Positions 36,282-50,100 of a DNA stretch of 64,000 nucleotides are shown here, in pieces; positions within the stretch are counted from its first letter, which is position 1, and the number at the start of each line of letters is the position of its first letter. Under the pieces are notes generated by a model, which saw only the letters and a program-made list of their open reading frames with translations, had not been told where the DNA came from and made no database searches. Source of the DNA: Antedon mediterranea (lineage: Eukaryota; Animalia; Echinodermata). Both the position numbers and the translations under genes were made by a program. Location: NCBI RefSeq assembly GCF_964355755.1, contig NC_092678.1:14968371-15032370 (forward strand), given 5' to 3'.

Positions 36282-39200
36282 ATGGACCCTTTTGACAATA
36301 TAGATGCATTCCCATTTAATCACATTATTGATAATGATGAATTCTTGCATGTCATTCACTATTACTTTTGTGACGATAGAATTGACTTTGATAGATTTAA
36401 TTCTTTAATTTTTAACCCTTTTGATATTAATTTTAAAGATGTTATTAATGACAACGATGCCCAATTATTTTCCGAAAATATTGAATCTTGTGCCTATGAA
36501 TATATTGATAGTCTTAACAACAAATATTCAACCCAAGATTATTCATTAGTATCTTTCACTTAAACGCACGCAGTCTTGTTAAACATTTTAACGATATCAA
36601 TGTATGCGTAGGTGCTATTAACCATGAATTCTCAGCACTATGCTTCACCGAAACTTTTTTTAATCATAATACGCCTTTTTCCTTTTATAATATTCCCAAT
36701 TATAACCTCTTGCATGTTTCACGAGCTGATAGACCAGGAGGAGGCGTTGCCATTTACCTACACCAGAGATTTAAATATATTCTTCGCCCTGATTTATCAT
36801 TTATCATTACTAATGGTTCAGAATCTCTTTTCATTGAAATCGATGCAAAACCCAAAAACATAATCCTTGGAGTAGTATATCGTTTGCCTGAATTATCCAT
36901 TAACACATTTAATAAAGATATCTCTAATTTAATTGACACCATTAATAATGAGAAAAAAACAGCATATATTTCAGGAGACTTTAATATTAACTTGTTAAAT
37001 TCCAAAACACATAAAGGTACTTCTGATTTTGTTTATATTTTTTTTCAATCAAATTATTATCCTCTTATTACTAGGCCAACTAGAATTACGCGTAATTCTG
37101 CAACTTTAATCGACAATATTTTTTGTAATAATCTATATGATAACATTTCTTCCGGAATTCTATATTCGGACATCTCGGATCACTTTCCTGTTTTCTTGTT
37201 AGTACATAAATCAGAACCTCTCCAACACCTGAAACCTAAATCAAAATATATATACATAAAAAAAGTCAATGATATTTCAATTTCTGCCTTAAGTAATGAT
37301 TTGTCAAATGTTGACTGGACTAGTATTTATAACTCCAATGAACCCAATGAGGCATACGCTTTATTCAACGACATATTTAGTACATTATATAATAACAACA
37401 TTAAAACCACTCGTTCCAGACGCAATATTCGGAAAGAAAAAAAACCTTGGATAACTAAATGCTTAATTAAATCTATCGACAAAAAACACAAATTATATAA
37501 AACATTTCTTATATCTAAAAAGCAAAAGGACAAAGATAAATATGTTAAATATCGAAATGTACTTACCAAAATCCTTCGTACTGCCCAAAAGAATTACTTC
37601 AGTGACAAATTTGAATTCCATAAAAATAACATCCAAAAAACCTGGCAAACAATAAATGGAGTCCTTGGCAAGAAATCTCGTAAACCGTTTCCTTCTCACT
37701 TTATTAACAATGACATTGAATTAAATAATCCTCAACAAATTGCAACTGAATTCAATAATTATTTTACTAGTATAGGGCCAAATTTAGTTAACAAAATACA
37801 TGTGTCGGATAATGATAATTATACTTCTACCCTACCTCGTCCATGTGTGCACTCTCTCTTTCTTAGTCCTGTAACCGAACATGAAGTTGTCAGTATAATA
37901 CTTTCCCTCAAAGATAATAAATCTCCTGGGTTTGATGGGTTTTCCAATAAAATTATTAAACGTGTTTCTAATTTTATATGCAAACCCTTAACTCACATTT
38001 TTAATACTTCTTTTCAAACCGGTATTTTTCCTGATTCTTTTAAAATAGCTAAAGTCATCCCTATCTACAAGAAAGAAGATCCTCATCATTTCAATAACTA
38101 CAGACCAATCTCCCTACTTCCTTGTTTCTCAAAATTAATTGAAAAAATAATGCATAATCGAATTTCTTCCTTTTTAACTAAACATAACATTTTATTTAAA
38201 GGCCAATATGGTTTCAGGAAAAAGTATTCAACAGATCTTGCTTTATTAGATATTTTTGACAAAATTACAATTGCCCTGAGTAAAAATGAGTTTTCTGTTG
38301 GCATTTTCCTTGATTTATCTAAGGCCTTCGATACTATTAACCACGATATTTTAATTCATAAACTTTCAAATTACGGTATCAGAGGCCTTCCTTTAAAACT
38401 AATTAAAAGCTACCTTTCCAATCGTGTTCAGTTTACTTCCTTAAATAATTTTAACTCTTCCTATTCCCGTTTAACCTGTGGTGTTCCCCAAGGATCGATT
38501 CTTGGACCACTCTTATTCCTGATTTTTGTTAACGATATACCAAACAGCTCTAAATTACTAAATTTTATCTTATTTGCTGACGACACAAATATTTTTTTCT
38601 CTCATCCTAAATTAAATACCTTGTTTAAAATTGTCAATGATGAGTTACTTAAAGTTTCAAATTGGCTCAAACACAATAAATTAACTCTTAATACATTCAA
38701 AACGAACTATATAATATTTTCTAAACGTAAAATTTCAAATTCTTTAAATGAACAAATATACATTGATAATAAAATGATCAAACGAGTTAATGAAACCCAA
38801 TTTTTAGGAGTAACCATAGATGCCTCTCTGACTTGGAAACTACATATAAATAAAATCAGTAATCTAGTTTCTAGAAATGTTGGAATATTGAACAAATTAA
38901 AACATATCTTCCCTCAAAAAACCTTATTAACCCTTTATAATACTTTAGTTTTGCCTTACCTTTCTTATGCCAATTTATGTTGGGCAATTACTCTAGATAA
39001 ATTTAATACGTTATGCCCCTGGACAAGTCTAGAGAAAACTCAAATTGACCGCCTTTTTAAACTACAAAAACGTGCACTTCGGATTTGCGCGGGAGAATCA
39101 TTTAGAGCCCAGACAAAATTACTTTTTAAAAGATTTAACGTTTTAAACATTTATGATTTAAATAAATTACAAGTTGCCTCATTTATGTACCGTTTATCTA

Positions 39201-39448
39201 ACAATTTACTGCCTTCACATTTTAATGCTTTATTTACAAGAATTGACGAACGCCATTCCTATAAAACCCGATCCTCTGTTAACAATTATATCCTTGATAA
39301 TTTAAATGTTAAGGCTCGACGATTTTCTATGTATTATTTTGGTCCCAAACTTTGGACTTCACTCTCAAATGAACTTAAACATAAATCTTCCTTTTCTAGT
39401 TTTAAATCTAATTTCAAACACAAAATGGTGTCAGAATATGCTACATAA
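36282..39448 (+). pseudogene. LINE ORF2 (APE-RT) with frameshifts near 36545-36610
   Basis: MDPF..FPFNHI, FHLNARSL (shifted frame), GGGVAIY, GDFN, SDHFP, KSPGFDG, NYRPISLL, DLSKAFD, GVPQGS, FADD. Confidence 0.92.
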
Positions 39449-40299
39449 ATTTTCGCCGATCTTTTATCCTTATTTATTTGGTGGTGATACATGGCATTAA
39501 ATCCTTCACCCTGGTATTCAATAATCTCCGCTACATTGTATCGTTATACTTGTTATTATACCATATTTAATTATATTTCATATTGTACTCTAATTGTTAT
39601 CATTATCCCTTTTATCATATATTATATAATTGCCTGGTTTATCTTAACTTCTATAATTTAAATTTTTTTTTATTTCTTTATTTTATGTACTTTCACTATT
39701 ATATATTTATATTTTAGTCTACTCTGTAGCAATGTTAGTATACTTAGGCATACGGGAGTCACGACTTAAAGTTCAGTGAACTTACTGTGACTTCCATCCA
39801 CCCACATTTAATATATGTTATGTTATGTAAATGTAAATGATATATATATATATATATATAAGTGAGTGGAAAAAATAAATAAACGAAAAAAATAAAACAT
39901 AGAAATGAATAGCTATTCAGTTCTTATACAATTTTGACCAATATTTACATGTATGAATGATGATTTTTATAAGAAAATTGGTTATGGCCCATTTTTCAAA
40001 TGGCAACAATTACAGTAGCTAGGAAGTTTGTTTTCTATTCAATTTGACCAAGCTCATAAAAATACAACGCGAGAGAAAATCAGGGAGACCTCCATGGAAT
40101 AAACATTGTACAAGAAAAAACCTGATATTATTAAAATAATTGTTCAGTATAAAACATGTTGAAATGACAGGAAATATTTATAAAATGTTAGTGAGAAAAA
40201 ATCGAAATAATTGTTCAGCAGTAGAGGTATCATATACCAAACAGGAAATGCCAAGAAGCCCATGAATATTAATGACTTCCATAGAAATTTCCTAACCAC

Positions 40300-40383
<84 letters not shown>

Positions 40384-40539
40384 TATAAATCAATGATGTT
40401 GCGTAGCACTGTGTAAATTATATATAAATCATACTGTAAATTATATAGAAACAGTGCTCATATTCGGAACATGATCTCATAATCGCGTCGAGCATAGCTC
40501 ATTGGCGAAAGTTCCATATTTTTTAGTTGTATGAAAAAA

Positions 40540-40696
<157 letters not shown>

Positions 40697-40798
40697 TTGA
40701 AATTATCAGACCGTTAGGATAGAGTGCTCAATACCAAGGTAGAGCATAAATAAATAAATAAAATAACAGCAGAAAACTTGGTTACTTCATTATTTTAA

Positions 40799-40854
40799 TC
40801 ACTACAAATTTGTTTCGTACGACCAGCATGTAGCTGGCCACACTCTTCAGGTGA
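40799..40854 (-). ncRNA. Minimal type I hammerhead ribozyme (inverted copy)
   Basis: Reverse complement of 41010-41065 with one stem II change. Confidence 0.8.
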
Positions 40855-41009
40855 AATATAAAACATAAGTGACACAGTTGTCTCATAGGAAAAAATTCTT
40901 ACTAAAATGCAGATAGTTTATCTAAAAAAATAGGCTATTGTATACGACTTCCTGATGACTCACTTCTATTAAGCACTATGAGACAACTGTGTCACTTATG
41001 TTTTATATT

Positions 41010-41065
41010 TCACCTGAAGAGTGCGGCCAGCTACATGCTGGTCGTACGAAACAAATTTGTAGTGA
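41010..41065 (+). ncRNA. Minimal type I hammerhead ribozyme with intact core
   Basis: TCAC-CTGAAGA-GTGCGGCCAGC-tacat-GCTGGTCGTAC-GAAA-CAAATTTG-TA-GTGA; palindromic stem III, GUA cleavage triplet. Confidence 0.85.
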
Positions 41066-41252
41066 TTAAAATAATGAAGTAACCAAGTTTTCTGCTGTTA
41101 TTTTATATATATATATAATTATATATGTATAAATCCAAAGGCAAATTACTGAAAAAAATGACAATGCTGTGGGTATCAGTGGCTGGATCTCAATGGAGAT
41201 ACAAAAATAAAAAGCGCTTTAGAATAAATGGTATGTGCCTGATTTGTTTATA

Positions 41253-41331
<79 letters not shown>

Positions 41332-41582
41332 TTATATAAATCATACTGTAAATCATAGAAACAGTGCTCATATTCGGAACATGATCTCATAATCGCGTCG
41401 AGCATAGCTCATTGGCGAAAGTTCCGTATTTATTGGCGAAAGTTCCGTATTTTAAATACGGAACTTTCGCCAATGAGCTATGCTCGACGCGATTATGAGA
41501 TCATGTTCCGAATATGAGCACTGTTTCTATAATTTACAGTATGATTTATATATAATTTACACAGTGCTACGCAACATCATTG

Positions 41583-41702
<120 letters not shown>

Positions 41703-41930
41703 TGTATCACCGGGCCGTTTATAATTAATGTTCATGGCCTGATGCGTTTATATATATAAAAGTATCTCTTCGGAGATCCCGCCTCGTGAATAATAATACT
41801 GAAAGATGAGGGCGTATCAATTTGATCTCTGGTGCACGGGCGTACAACTGAGGACTAGTGCTGTTCCACCGTACCACGCCGAGAGTGTTAAAGAGTCGCT
41901 ATCCAATCGAGTTTGAACAATACCATGAAA

Positions 41931-42002
41931 GCCCCAGTGGTCTAATGGTTAGGATATCTGCATATCAAGCAGGCGGTCCGAGTTCGAGTCTCGGTTGGGG
42001 CG
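41931..42002 (+). tRNA. tRNA-like cloverleaf, anticodon ATC, in the 360-bp repeat
   Basis: Same 72-nt cloverleaf followed by ACTTTTT. Confidence 0.6.
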
Positions 42003-42124
42003 ACTTTTTCTCATTCTCAAAGATTTCCTCATCTTTATCGTGTCAAATTAATTAATTAAATTTCAGTATATCACCGGGCGGTTTAGAATTAATGTTCATT
42101 GCCTGATGTGTTTATATATATATA

Positions 42125-42545
42125 TGCTACCTTCTTTGTTTTTCACTCTTATTCAGACTCCACCCTGGCTCCCTTTGTTATATTTCTTTTATTCCTGTCC
42201 ACCCAGGCAGCACTTGCCAGCTTTATACTATGACGTTATCCAAATTCCTTCACTTGCACTAATGAAGGGCTAGTGTTGCCCGAAAGCTCTGCTAACTTTC
42301 CTGGCTGTTTACTTTATCGTTTTGATTTAGCTTTTCGCTTTTTATTTTTGTATCTCCATTGAGATCCAGCCACTGATACCCACAGCATTGTCATTTTTTC
42401 AGTATTTTGCCTTTGGATTTATATATATATGTATATATATATAAATCCAAAGGCAAATTACTGAAAAAATGACAATGCTGTGGGTATCAGTGGCTGGATC
42501 TCAATGGAGATACAAAAATAAAAAGCGAAAAGCTAAATCAAATCG

Positions 42546-42550
<5 letters not shown>
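42125..42550 (+). mobile_element. Penelope pLTR (family 1) followed across a TA tract by an inverted partial copy
   Basis: 42312-42420 is the reverse complement of 42443-42550; another inverted piece at ~41128-41216. Confidence 0.8.
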
Positions 42551-42592
<42 letters not shown>

Positions 42593-42705
42593 ATACACAC
42601 AATAGGCAAAGAACATTAATTCTAAACCGCCCGGTGATATACTGAAATTTAATTATTTAATTTGAAACGATAAAGATGAGGAAATCTGTGAGAATGAGAA
42701 AAAGT

Positions 42706-42777
42706 CGCCCCAACCGAGACTCGAACTCGGACCGCCTGCTTGAAATGCAGATGTCCTAACCATTAGACCACTGGGGC
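42706..42777 (-). tRNA. tRNA-like cloverleaf, anticodon TTC (Glu) variant
   Basis: Anticodon arm TCTGC ATTTCAA GCAGG on the - strand. Confidence 0.6.
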
Positions 42778-43344
42778 TTTCATGGTATTGTTCAAACTCG
42801 ATTGGATAGCGACTCTTTAACATTCTCGGCGTGGTACGGCGGAACAGCACTAGTCCTCAGTTGTACGCATATATATATATACTCACTCCCTCATGCATGT
42901 ATTTGAATGTACTCATACTTTTTAATCTTGTATAGTTTCAGTCAATCGGAAACCGGAAAAGACCGGACATCAAATGAACATTGTGAAGAAGTGAACCACA
43001 TTTGCATAATCTAGAGATGTATAATTGGTAGGACATGCTAATTTGTTATAATTCTTAAAAATGATGATTTCAACTCTATTCTTATACATGTGTGTAATAG
43101 ATGCAAGAATAGAGATTTATCTAGTCTATTTTATTCAACTAAAGATGAAATCGTTTCCATTTGTTTGGTTAGTCATGCTTTTAATAAGTACATGTATTCG
43201 TTCTACCAGTTTTATATAGGTGTTAAATTTCCTAATATTTCTTTTGATGTTAAGAACCTATTCTCGTTTACAACATCATTGTGTACATGTTTGTGTACAT
43301 TATCGCGAAGCCAAGTGATGATGATGTGATGATGACAGTTTCTT

Positions 43345-43795
43345 AAGGCTAGACATGATTTTATATGCCTAGTAGTCTGGTAAACATTTGATGGAATTGT
43401 TTTTCAAAAAAATCGTCTTGATATGATAGGCTAGGTTCTCCGCAAATGAAACATTGAATGAATCATTTATTATGTGGTTTGATTTAATTCCCATCCAAAA
43501 CCCTGTCCTGTGTGGTGTAGCTCTGTGTGCCGGCGGTGGTATCTATCTTATTGGCGTTTTATTTGACAAGTCATACGTACAAGTAAGCCTACGAAGGAGG
43601 CCTAGGCTAGGACGAGACAATTAATAATAAAAAAAACACTTGGCAACGCGATTTTATATTCTAATAGGTGTTATTTCAGTCTCGATCGTACATTCAGCAT
43701 TTATTAGTACTACTGTACTTACTCGATCTTTTTCGATTTTAAACAAAATAATCATTGGTTGATTCGAAATCCATATTTACATACCTCCCGCTCCA
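43345..43795 (+). repeat. Unclassified dispersed repeat, diverged copy at ~54796-55258
   Basis: aaggctaga..ttttatatgcctagtagtctggtaaa...attggttgattcgaaatccatatttacatacc is shared. Confidence 0.8.
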
Positions 43796-44580
43796 TTTAG
43801 CCAAATGCGGTATGATAGCCTACGTCATTCTTATCGGATGTTTGCGGTCTGCAAATCGATTTTTTATACGCGTTTCACAAGTCTGTATGTTCAGACAAAA
43901 ATTGAAATAAAAACAAATAAATTAAAAAAAGACAATGAATACAGACTTGAGGCAAGTCTATACCATCATATAGGTGTCAGCAATTTGTTTACAACAATCT
44001 TTATATTTTACAGATGCCTTATTTTTTTAACATATTTGCATAAAATAAAGGTATAGCATGTATAATACGATTTTCATCTGTAATCTTAAAATGGATTTTC
44101 TCTGGACATATTTTATGAATAAAGAATGTTGGAATTTTCCATTTTACTTAATCACCATGAAATATTAAGTGCTTCTGTATGGAACACTAAATCAGGCATC
44201 ATAATCACACCTTCATTTAAGTTTCCAATTTGGGTTTTCCTTTTAGTTTTTTTATGATTTTTGTGTCATAGAAATTCTTAAGTGAATGTGCTAATTATTT
44301 TTGAAACATATTTTGGTACATAAATAATACAGTATACGTTAGTTTTGCTAGTACAAGTAATTTAAATACAGCTATATACATTTTTAGAACTCCATAATTT
44401 TAAAATATTTATCAAGTTTCATTCCAGTTGTTTACTTTACATGCTTTGCGATCCTATTCTACATATACTCCTAACGTTTAAAATTCTGCACCCAGCTCAT
44501 CAGAACAAGGTGTTTTTATTCATGTTACAGAGGGCTGCTTTACATTCCTCAGTAGTGATGTTTTCTTCACACAGTTCTTT

Positions 44581-45000
44581 ATACACGGCCATACTGCGTT
44601 ATATATACGGACACACTGCGTTGAAACACCAGTTCTCGTCAGATCACCGAAGTTAAGCGACGTTGGGTCCGGTTGTGTTCTGGATGGGAGACCGCCTAGA
44701 AATAGCGGCGGGTGCTGCATATACACCAAAGAGTCATGGTGTAATGATAATATCGGACTAGCATGTGATAGCCATGGGTTCGAGGTTATCGGTAGCATAC
44801 TGATTGCCAAGATGCTTTACTTACATTGACTAATTCTTCAGATGAGATGTAAAGCCGTTTGTCCCGTATACTTAAGAGTGCACGTTAAAGAATTTGGTGC
44901 ACTAATCGAAAAGAAAAGCCGTGTGTCCGCGGAGGGCCTAATCCGATTTCCTTTAGTTTCCAGTTAAGCTTGAGGACCAGAATAACACATTTTAACTTTT
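44581..45000 (+). mobile_element. Composite SINE: 5S rRNA-derived head, tRNA-like segment and Deu/Nin-like domain
   Basis: 44602-44724 resembles 5S (acaccagttctcgtcagatcaccgaagttaagc..tggatgggagaccgcct); then tggtgtaatga..ggttcgag; then cagatgagatgtaaagccg..gtcccg..cacgttaaaga..gcactaatcgaaaaga. Confidence 0.65.
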
Positions 45001-47119
45001 AACATTTCTCTTTCTCGGATATAGTATTCACTTTTTTTAATGTAATCATTAATTTGCTTTTGGCTAAAGTGCGTTTCTTGTTTACTAACTATATCTTCTG
45101 GTTTGTTACTGTAGTTCCTTATATTGTTTGCATTCTCTTAATTTGTTTATTTATTAAAGCGGCGGTAAAATGTTTAACTGTAATTTTTCTCAATTTAAAT
45201 GTATTATTAATGAAATTATTTAAATTTTCTTGTTTATTTGTATATATTTATATTTGCTCATATTTTATAGTTTAATTTTTATTTTCAACCTGTTATTGGT
45301 GTTTTACACTGTTGGTTCGATATAAAGAATGTGCGAAAATGTAAACCAAGTACAGCTACGTATTATTTGAAGGCGTAAAAACAGACTGAGAAAAAACACG
45401 TAACAAAATTAATAGTGCAGCGGGTACTGAACCAACCGGAATTTGATTGCTAACTACTGTGGAGTAGCTTTGCGTCAGGGAGTTTTGCCCTAATTTGTAC
45501 TATAGGTACATTGAGAAAACGTACAACAACAATTGGTCAAAGTGTATTTAACCCACGACCTCAAGATCTCTACCATGGCATTCATACCTCTTGATCACCA
45601 AGCTGGCAAGGGGTGAGATTCGAGCCTAAGCAGGATTGTTATTGTGTAATTAGTTGCGAATGTTTTCTCAATGTACATAGTACAATTACGTCCGAGTAGG
45701 GAAAAACATCTGACAAATATGTGTTTATTATTATGATCATAATCATTCTTGATTAAATACAAACATTTTAAAAATAGATCAAAATCTATATTAGTTTTTG
45801 TTTTCGATATATACGCCAGCCACAAACACGAAAAGATAGGAAACATTTTGGAAATACTATGGTTATTACCTCTCTATCTCTATAATCGAATCAATCTACT
45901 GATGAATTGGACCGTCTGTTTAAAAGTAGCAACTTACTAGTACCAATGTAACACAACTATAACGTAGGCCACATCGGATCACACACGACCGAATCATTAG
46001 GAAGGTTTATATTATATATTCAACTCATTAGATTATTGCCATGTCCGTACTATTTAGTATACCGTACATTATACAAAACTGTCGTTCGGTATGTGTAGAC
46101 TAGCAATGGGTCTGTTCACTTAAAGATGTATTTTACCCCTAAAACATGAAAGGTAATAGGTAATTTTGCAGTTTTAATCAAGTTAATTACTTTCGTAGTG
46201 TGTCACTTAAAAAGAAAAAAATAAACGGTAAATTCAATCAAAATCCAATCCTCATACTGTTTAAACTGATTATTTTAAAACTATCATAACGCAAGTATGT
46301 ATAAAATATACATTGATTGAAAGCAACGTATTTATGTTGGAGTGGAATATCTTGTTTCTATATTAATGTACGTTGTACTGGCCAATGTTAGCCAAAATAT
46401 AATACAGGCTATTCAGGACTACATTGCTTCCTCATGGGTGAGATATCTTTCGTAGTATTCTGCTTGGACGAAATTATGAATTTAAAGTAAATGTAAATGC
46501 ATTTATCAGACTATTCGAGTTTTTAAATGTTTAGGCCTATTATAATAATTATACAGTTTTATCTATTAAAATAAAAAGAATTCTGAGAGTCCTCAAAGGT
46601 TTTTGTAATACATTTATTTTCTACAACAAGTTAAACGAGTATTTTAGGAGAAACAACATTTTAATTGTAAAATTCACAAAAGTGAATAATGTATTATAAT
46701 AAGGTATTCCTGACAAACCTAGTTTTATTAATTATTGTACTTAACAGTTCTATCATTGTATGATTGAATGATCTGTAAAACACTACCCATATGGGTAAAT
46801 GACAAAAGTCAAATAGTACATTTTTTAAATGTACAGAATCTCATTATGAGTAATAGTCACACATGTATTAGTCACATTTATGCAGCTGGGCTTCCTTATT
46901 TTCCTTAAATGTTGCATATTGTTAGTATTGCATTACATTTTTAAAGGATAATTTTATAATTCACATTAAATGTGAATTATAAATTTTATATCAACATATA
47001 AAGTATATATTATTGTTTCATCAAAAGTCATTAATTATATTATTATATTATCTTCACAGAAAGAAATCAAACGAAACCACCTAAAAAAACCTAAATGAAG
47101 ACTCAGTATAATAATCAAG

Positions 47120-50100
47120 ATGAGGTGAGTTATAAAGTTAAAGAACAACACTATAGGCCTACGCAGATCAATAACTTTTTATAACGAGACTATAAACAAC
47201 TATATCATTGTTTTGTTAATGTATTGATGTAATTCATGTTATATCCTATACCTTTTCAGTTACAGATTTCAAAATGCATTCGAGGTTAATGACTTGCAAC
47301 AAATTAAAGAAATATGTAAAAGAGAGCCAGATATTTTGAAAACCAAAGATGAGGTAAGACAAAATAATGATAGGACTCCCAACTAATAACAAATTATTTT
47401 CATTCAATTAGTTAGTCAATTAGACCATTACATGTATGTAAATTGTAAAACTGTATTCATTATGCCTATATTCAATTGTAATGATTACTGTATAATACCC
47501 TGGATCAATAACACACGCTTCATTGACAAATGCTGCAAATTAAATAAACTTAGTGACGATATTAATCAGTACTTAGGCCTACTGTCAATGTTTGTTTTAA
47601 ATTTTGAGATCGGTGTGTACAGTTACTGTAGAGGGTTGGTCGAATAGGTAGACGGTCAGAATGACAGTTTAAAGTCAAGAGCCCATTTTGTGTATGTGAA
47701 TAAAAAACTTCAAGAGCATAATTGAGTTAATAACATCCAATCTGTAAGACTTTTTCGAAATAATTATACAGATAATTAATAATGGTGACTACAGTAGACT
47801 CACATTTCTTTGACAGTCGACTACAACAACTATGTATTCACTTTTTTCGCTTATCATTATAGTTATAACAATTATTTACTTCAGTGTTGTACAATAACTG
47901 TTTGTCTGTGCTTTTGTTTTTCATGATTTGTAAGATTAGCATGTTATTGAACGTAGTATAATTTTAGCTGATTTTAGTCATATCATAAAAGTGTTGAATT
48001 TACAACAATTGTCAATGTGCCATGAATAAAAACATGTTTGCATTACAGCTGGAATTGATATTTATAAACTACATGATTATTATTTCTTTCTAGTATGGAT
48101 ACACTCCACTACATACGTATTTACTATGTGCCAACCCTACAACAGAAATTGTGGATTATCTCATACAACACGGCGCATCAGTAACGTCACAAGATAATAT
48201 GGTAATGTACACACAATCATACTGATTGTTATTATGAAAACAGTAGGCCCATCTGATCCAGCAAACATCTCTATTTCATTTATATTTTGTCATTTATAAT
48301 TAAAATTAATTAATTAGAATTATTCATTGCGAATTTTAGAAGCAGTTATCGAATGAAACAGTAAATGGAGACATGTATTTCTGAAACAATTATACATTGC
48401 ATAAAGTCAATTAATATTAATTCACACATTGTATTACAATTATAGTAGCACTTTAATTTATCTGTCTAGTTTGTTTAAGTTGGTTTATATAATATAATAA
48501 TCAACTCTTGAAATAAATTTGTTTGGGTCCTATTTTATAAAGGCGTAAATTTTCTTTTTCTATTCAATCAAGTACGATAGATAAGTACGAAATAAAAAAG
48601 TACTTACTATGACGTTTTGCAAGCGTACCGGTTTTCAAGTAGATTGATTGTTAGTTGGGTTGACGTTGGTCAGTACGGCATGTTGTATGTAACACGCCAG
48701 ATGTGTTGTAAATAAAGTACGAATGAATGTAGCTGATTTGTAATGTTTTTTACACTTTTGTCATAACAATGTAGAATTTACAACCATTATATCAATGTGA
48801 CATGACCGAAAAATATTATTGCTTTACAGCTGGAATTTATATTTATAAACTATATGATTATTATTTCTTTCTAGACTGGAGAAACTCCACTACATGCGTA
48901 TTTACGATATGACAACCCTACAACAGAAATAGTGGTTTGTCTCATACGAAATGGCGCACAAGTAACATCACAAAATAAGGTAACATACAGTAATAGGTAA
49001 TATTATGCCAGTATTAATAAATCATTATCGGTTACAGCAAACATCTCTATTCCATTTATGACGTCTCATTCAAATTTAGTATTATTTATAATTATTTAGT
49101 GCGAATTTTAAAAGCAGTTAATGAATGAATGAAAAATGTCATGAACGACATGTGTTTGAAAAAAACAATTATGACATCATAATAATGGATTGCTGACCCT
49201 TCTTTCACACGTCATGTTAAAGTAATCAGTCAGTAACCCTTCAGGAGGTCAAACTTACTGTCAAACTTAGCACTAGCCACACGATTATTAGGCCTATAGT
49301 TCTCTATCCTCAGTATGAGATATGAATCTGTAGTAGATATGACATTAACCTTCCGATAATCAGTGCAATATCATTTCTAATCATACCGTCACTCGTCACA
49401 CGAACCGGCGAATCGTCATTTTGGCACGAAAGTTTGTTGGTGTATAGTTTGAAAGTATTTATTCTTAAAGAAAAATTGATGCGAATATCAACTGCGTATC
49501 TTATTTCATTAATTCATTATTTTAATTATAATTTTGCGAATATTGATTGATTGATTGATTTTATTCGATATTCATACATAAAAGTTAAAATATACAATGT
49601 ATAAAAAGAATACCTGGATAACCCATTAAGTCGACAAAAAAGTAAACTTATTTCCAATGGGGTCCAATCCGTAATGACTGAAAAGTGAGTGGTTGGGCCT
49701 AGTAAAATTATCATTAAGTATGACTCAGTAAAAATGAAAAAAACAAGAAAATACATACAAGACAAGATAACATCAAAAAAACAATATTAAAAATAACTTA
49801 ATTAAACTGAAATTCCAAGCTGTTCATTACTAAAATATTATTTAAGTTTTATTTTGAAGGTTGCATTATTTTGTATTGATTTGAGTGAATTGGGGAGCCT
49901 GTTCCAGTCACGGATACCTAAGAAATAAAAAGTCGTATCATTAACGCCAGTAGCCTTAGGAGTGACAAAATTAAATGTTGTACCCCTGGTAAAATGGTTA
50001 TGATGATCAGAAATTAACAACAAGTTATCCTTAAGGAAAGAAGGCGTATTAAAGTTATAACGAATTTTGTGAACATAATTTAATCTTAAAAACTTATTTC

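Larger units (their letters stand above)
35330..39890 (+). mobile_element. Near full-length L2/CR1-group (Crack/Daphne-like) LINE
   Basis: ORF1 fragment, ORF2 and a 3'UTR shared with 5506-7030; 5' boundary approximate. Confidence 0.9.

Noticed and set aside
19293-38895. Short antisense or overlapping ORFs on the Gypsy and LINE coding regions
   Set aside because: Shadow frames of long TE ORFs with no recognisable motifs
40455-40515. Resemblance of ctcata..ataatcgcgt to a purine riboswitch
   Set aside because: Only a short word match; the TTTCTACC and P3 elements are absent
44602-44724. Functional 5S rRNA gene
   Set aside because: Many substitutions and indels, single copy, no terminator, and it continues into SINE body sequence
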